Below, in pieces: positions 61,893 to 64,000 of a DNA stretch of 64,000 nt. Position 1 is the first letter of the stretch; the number at the start of each line of letters is the position of its first letter. Origin of the DNA: Podarcis muralis (Eukaryota); the NCBI RefSeq assembly GCF_964188315.1, contig NC_135663.1, positions 52,576,001-52,640,000 on the forward strand, written 5' to 3'. The notes below the pieces were generated by a model that was not told where the DNA came from, did no database searches, and worked only from the letters and a program-made list of their open reading frames with translations. Position numbers and translations under genes: made by a program.

Positions 61893-62191
61893 GGTGGGTA
61901 AAAAGAAATCACTTGGAAAAGTGAGGTTAATATGAGAATTTGAAATTAATGTTAGGGGATTGCCTGTTGCTGCTTCCTTTACATCTTTACAAGGTCACTG
62001 AGTGGTATACACAATTACTTTTAATCTTTTTTTATAAAAAAAAAAGCAGCGAATTTGCTTTATCTTCCTGTCACCCGGCTTTTTGGAATGCTTGCATAGC
62101 AAATACTCCAGAGGGCTTTCTAAGGAGTGTGGTTGACCAGGCAATTGCCTGCAGAGCACTGAAGAGTCCCAGAGTTGTTTTTTTAAACATA

Positions 62192-62195
62192 CAAA

Positions 62196-62226
<31 letters not shown>

Positions 62227-62227
62227 A
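62192..62227. repeat. (AAAT)n microsatellite
   Basis: Directly visible. Confidence 0.9.
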
Positions 62228-63502
62228 GGCAGGATTTTAAAAGATTATTTTTTTTTTTAAAAAAAGAAGTTAAAAGTGTTCCTCAACTTTCTAAAATAAA
62301 TCCTCTTCAGAAAGTCTCCTGGGCAGCTACACCTCTTGGAAGGCTTCCTGGAGATTATCTTGATTCAGCATCTTGCAAGCAAGCACTCTGAGAGAAGGTG
62401 CCTCAGAATTTACTGTAAAAAAGAGAGAAATAAAGTGCAAACATAATCAAACCTGCATAGCCCCCCCCCCCAAAAAATATTGGAAGTTCTCTCCTTACCA
62501 GCCATGCAAGTGGCAGGGAAAAAACCAAAATTGCCAGGGGGAAATAGTTTGATGAAATGAGGGCGGGTTTTGGTGCAGAAGCCTGTTTTCTGCTGTTGGG
62601 CTTGGTATAGATTTTAGTTAATTTGCTAGTGTTTTAGAATTTTAATAATAAGTTTTATATGCATAATCTTCCTTCAGGTTATTTTTGTGCCAAAGGGTGG
62701 CACTGAAAATTCTTGAATGAATGAAAGAATGAATAAAACATCTATGAAGGATGAACAAGGACAAGAGAGGAGACTTAATAACTTGTAGCAAAAGTGAATC
62801 CCAAGGGGCATCTATTGCCTTAAAAATGGATTGTGTGGACAGGGAGTAAAGCAGGAGTATTCCATCAAGCTACTGTTGCACACCACCCCAATCTTTGAGC
62901 TGTGTGAGATTCCAGGCAGGAGGTGCAGGAGGAGCAGTCAGTGCCTGAGGAAATGGCAGTATTTACCTTGGGGGAGGAAAGCACGCAGGAAAAGCTTGAG
63001 ACATGTGTGCAGCTGGCTTCTGCTGAATTGGGTGAGATAAAAAACCACACAACCCATTGATTTGGTCCATTGGGTGCCCCAAGATGGTCTTGGAATGGGA
63101 AGCAGTCTTTCTACAGGGTGCAGCCCTTAAGCAGGCCCTTGCAGTCAGTGTCACCCAGGGCCCCATGGGTTTGGGGGGCAAGAGTCATGGGGAGGGTTAC
63201 TTGACTTTGTTAGGGCTGCATTCAAGAGATGTTGGGAGTAAACAAAGATGGGAATTCCTGGCTGCCAACTTGGGTGGACTGGACCAGCTGATCCTGAAGA
63301 GGTTGTCTCCAGACTTGTTGCAGGACTTTGATTTGTAGTTGACCCAGGGGCAGCAAAAGGGGGAAAGACTGAGAGATCCCCAGTGTGCCAGTGAGGAGGC
63401 AGAAGTGTTCCTAGAGTTGTGTCTTGAGGCCCTGAATACAGCTACAGAGACCATTCAGTGGCATCACAGTGCTAGAGTCCAAGCCAGAGTATCACCCTAG
63501 AG

Positions 63503-63638
63503 CAGTGCTCAACAACCTTAGGTTCCCAGATGTTGCTAGACCACAACTTCCACAATCCCAAGCCTTTTTAGCCAATGGTTAGGGATTGTGGGGATTGTAG
63601 TCTAATAACATCTGGGAGCCCTGGGGTGAAGAACACTG
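63503..63638. mobile_element. Palindromic hAT-type MITE
   Basis: TIR CAGTGCTC / GAACACTG; internal inverted CCCAGATGTT...AACATCTGGG; TSD only 5/8. Confidence 0.6.
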
Positions 63639-63914
63639 CTCCAGAATATCTGCTTAGCTAGAAAGTGACTATTATAACAGTCAGCAGTTATGTCCAAGGA
63701 ATTAAGGACTCAGTTGGGTTTCTGCCTTTGGTGGAGTAATATTTGTGGTCTTCGTAAATTTGTTATCAGTTTTGCATACTCTACTGCTGCTCATGGTGCC
63801 TGCCACCTTTAATCCCAGGGACCTGCTGCTTTGAATACCATACCCTCCAACATTTCTCAGGTGAAAAAATGGACGTACCATTCCATAATGATAATTTTAC
63901 TAGCTATACTGCAC

Positions 63915-64000
63915 ACATCTTACTGGGTTGCCCCAGCCATTCTTGGCAGCTTCCAACATATATAAAAAACATAATATAACATTAAACATTAAAAAAAAAC
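63915..64000 (-). mobile_element. L2 3' end running off the window edge
   Basis: CTGGGTTGCCCCAGCCATTCTTGGCAGCTTCCAACA matches the plus-strand sequence next to the tail of the minus-strand L2 at 25852 (~25920-25955). Confidence 0.75.

Noticed and set aside
62900-63480. GC-richer segment with weak resemblance to L2 RT (LELCLEAL)
   Set aside because: Similarity too faint to call without a profile search.

Overview
Repeat-rich vertebrate non-coding DNA, very probably from a lacertid lizard (Podarcis/Lacerta-like). That assignment is inferred from co-occurring Sauria SINEs, BovB (RTE) LINEs, a Squam3/MIR-like SINE and squamate L2/CR1/L1 fragments. I recognise no host protein-coding exon, tRNA/rRNA gene or CRISPR array, so the window looks like a large intron or gene desert. 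By rough tally about 30% is identifiable mobile DNA: (1) a 2.97-kb BovB with a perfect 13-bp TSD whose EN-RT frame is broken by one nonsense codon, plus a 347-bp BovB fragment; (2) many 5'-truncated L2, CR1 and L1 3' ends; (3) five Sauria SINEs; (4) pogo/Tigger-type MITEs with TA TSDs and hAT MITEs with 8-bp TSDs; (5) three solo LTRs with 5-bp TSDs. Family names come from my recollection of consensus sequences, not from a database search. The most intriguing signal is in two divergent solo LTRs (28820-29301 and 61284-61892). Both carry a decayed reading frame starting at the LTR edge with the same protein-level architecture: DW...EWW, PPxE..DS, an acidic tract, then RTxx[AG][LM]KxxEQR. This suggests an accessory ORF overlapping the 3' LTR in a lizard LTR-retrotransposon lineage. 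Other leads: a ~145-bp degenerate tandem repeat, a promoter/first-exon-like cluster at 6.2-6.4 kb, a probable bipartite RTE-derived element, nested insertions that give a relative chronology, and several repeat-free segments that may be conserved enhancers.
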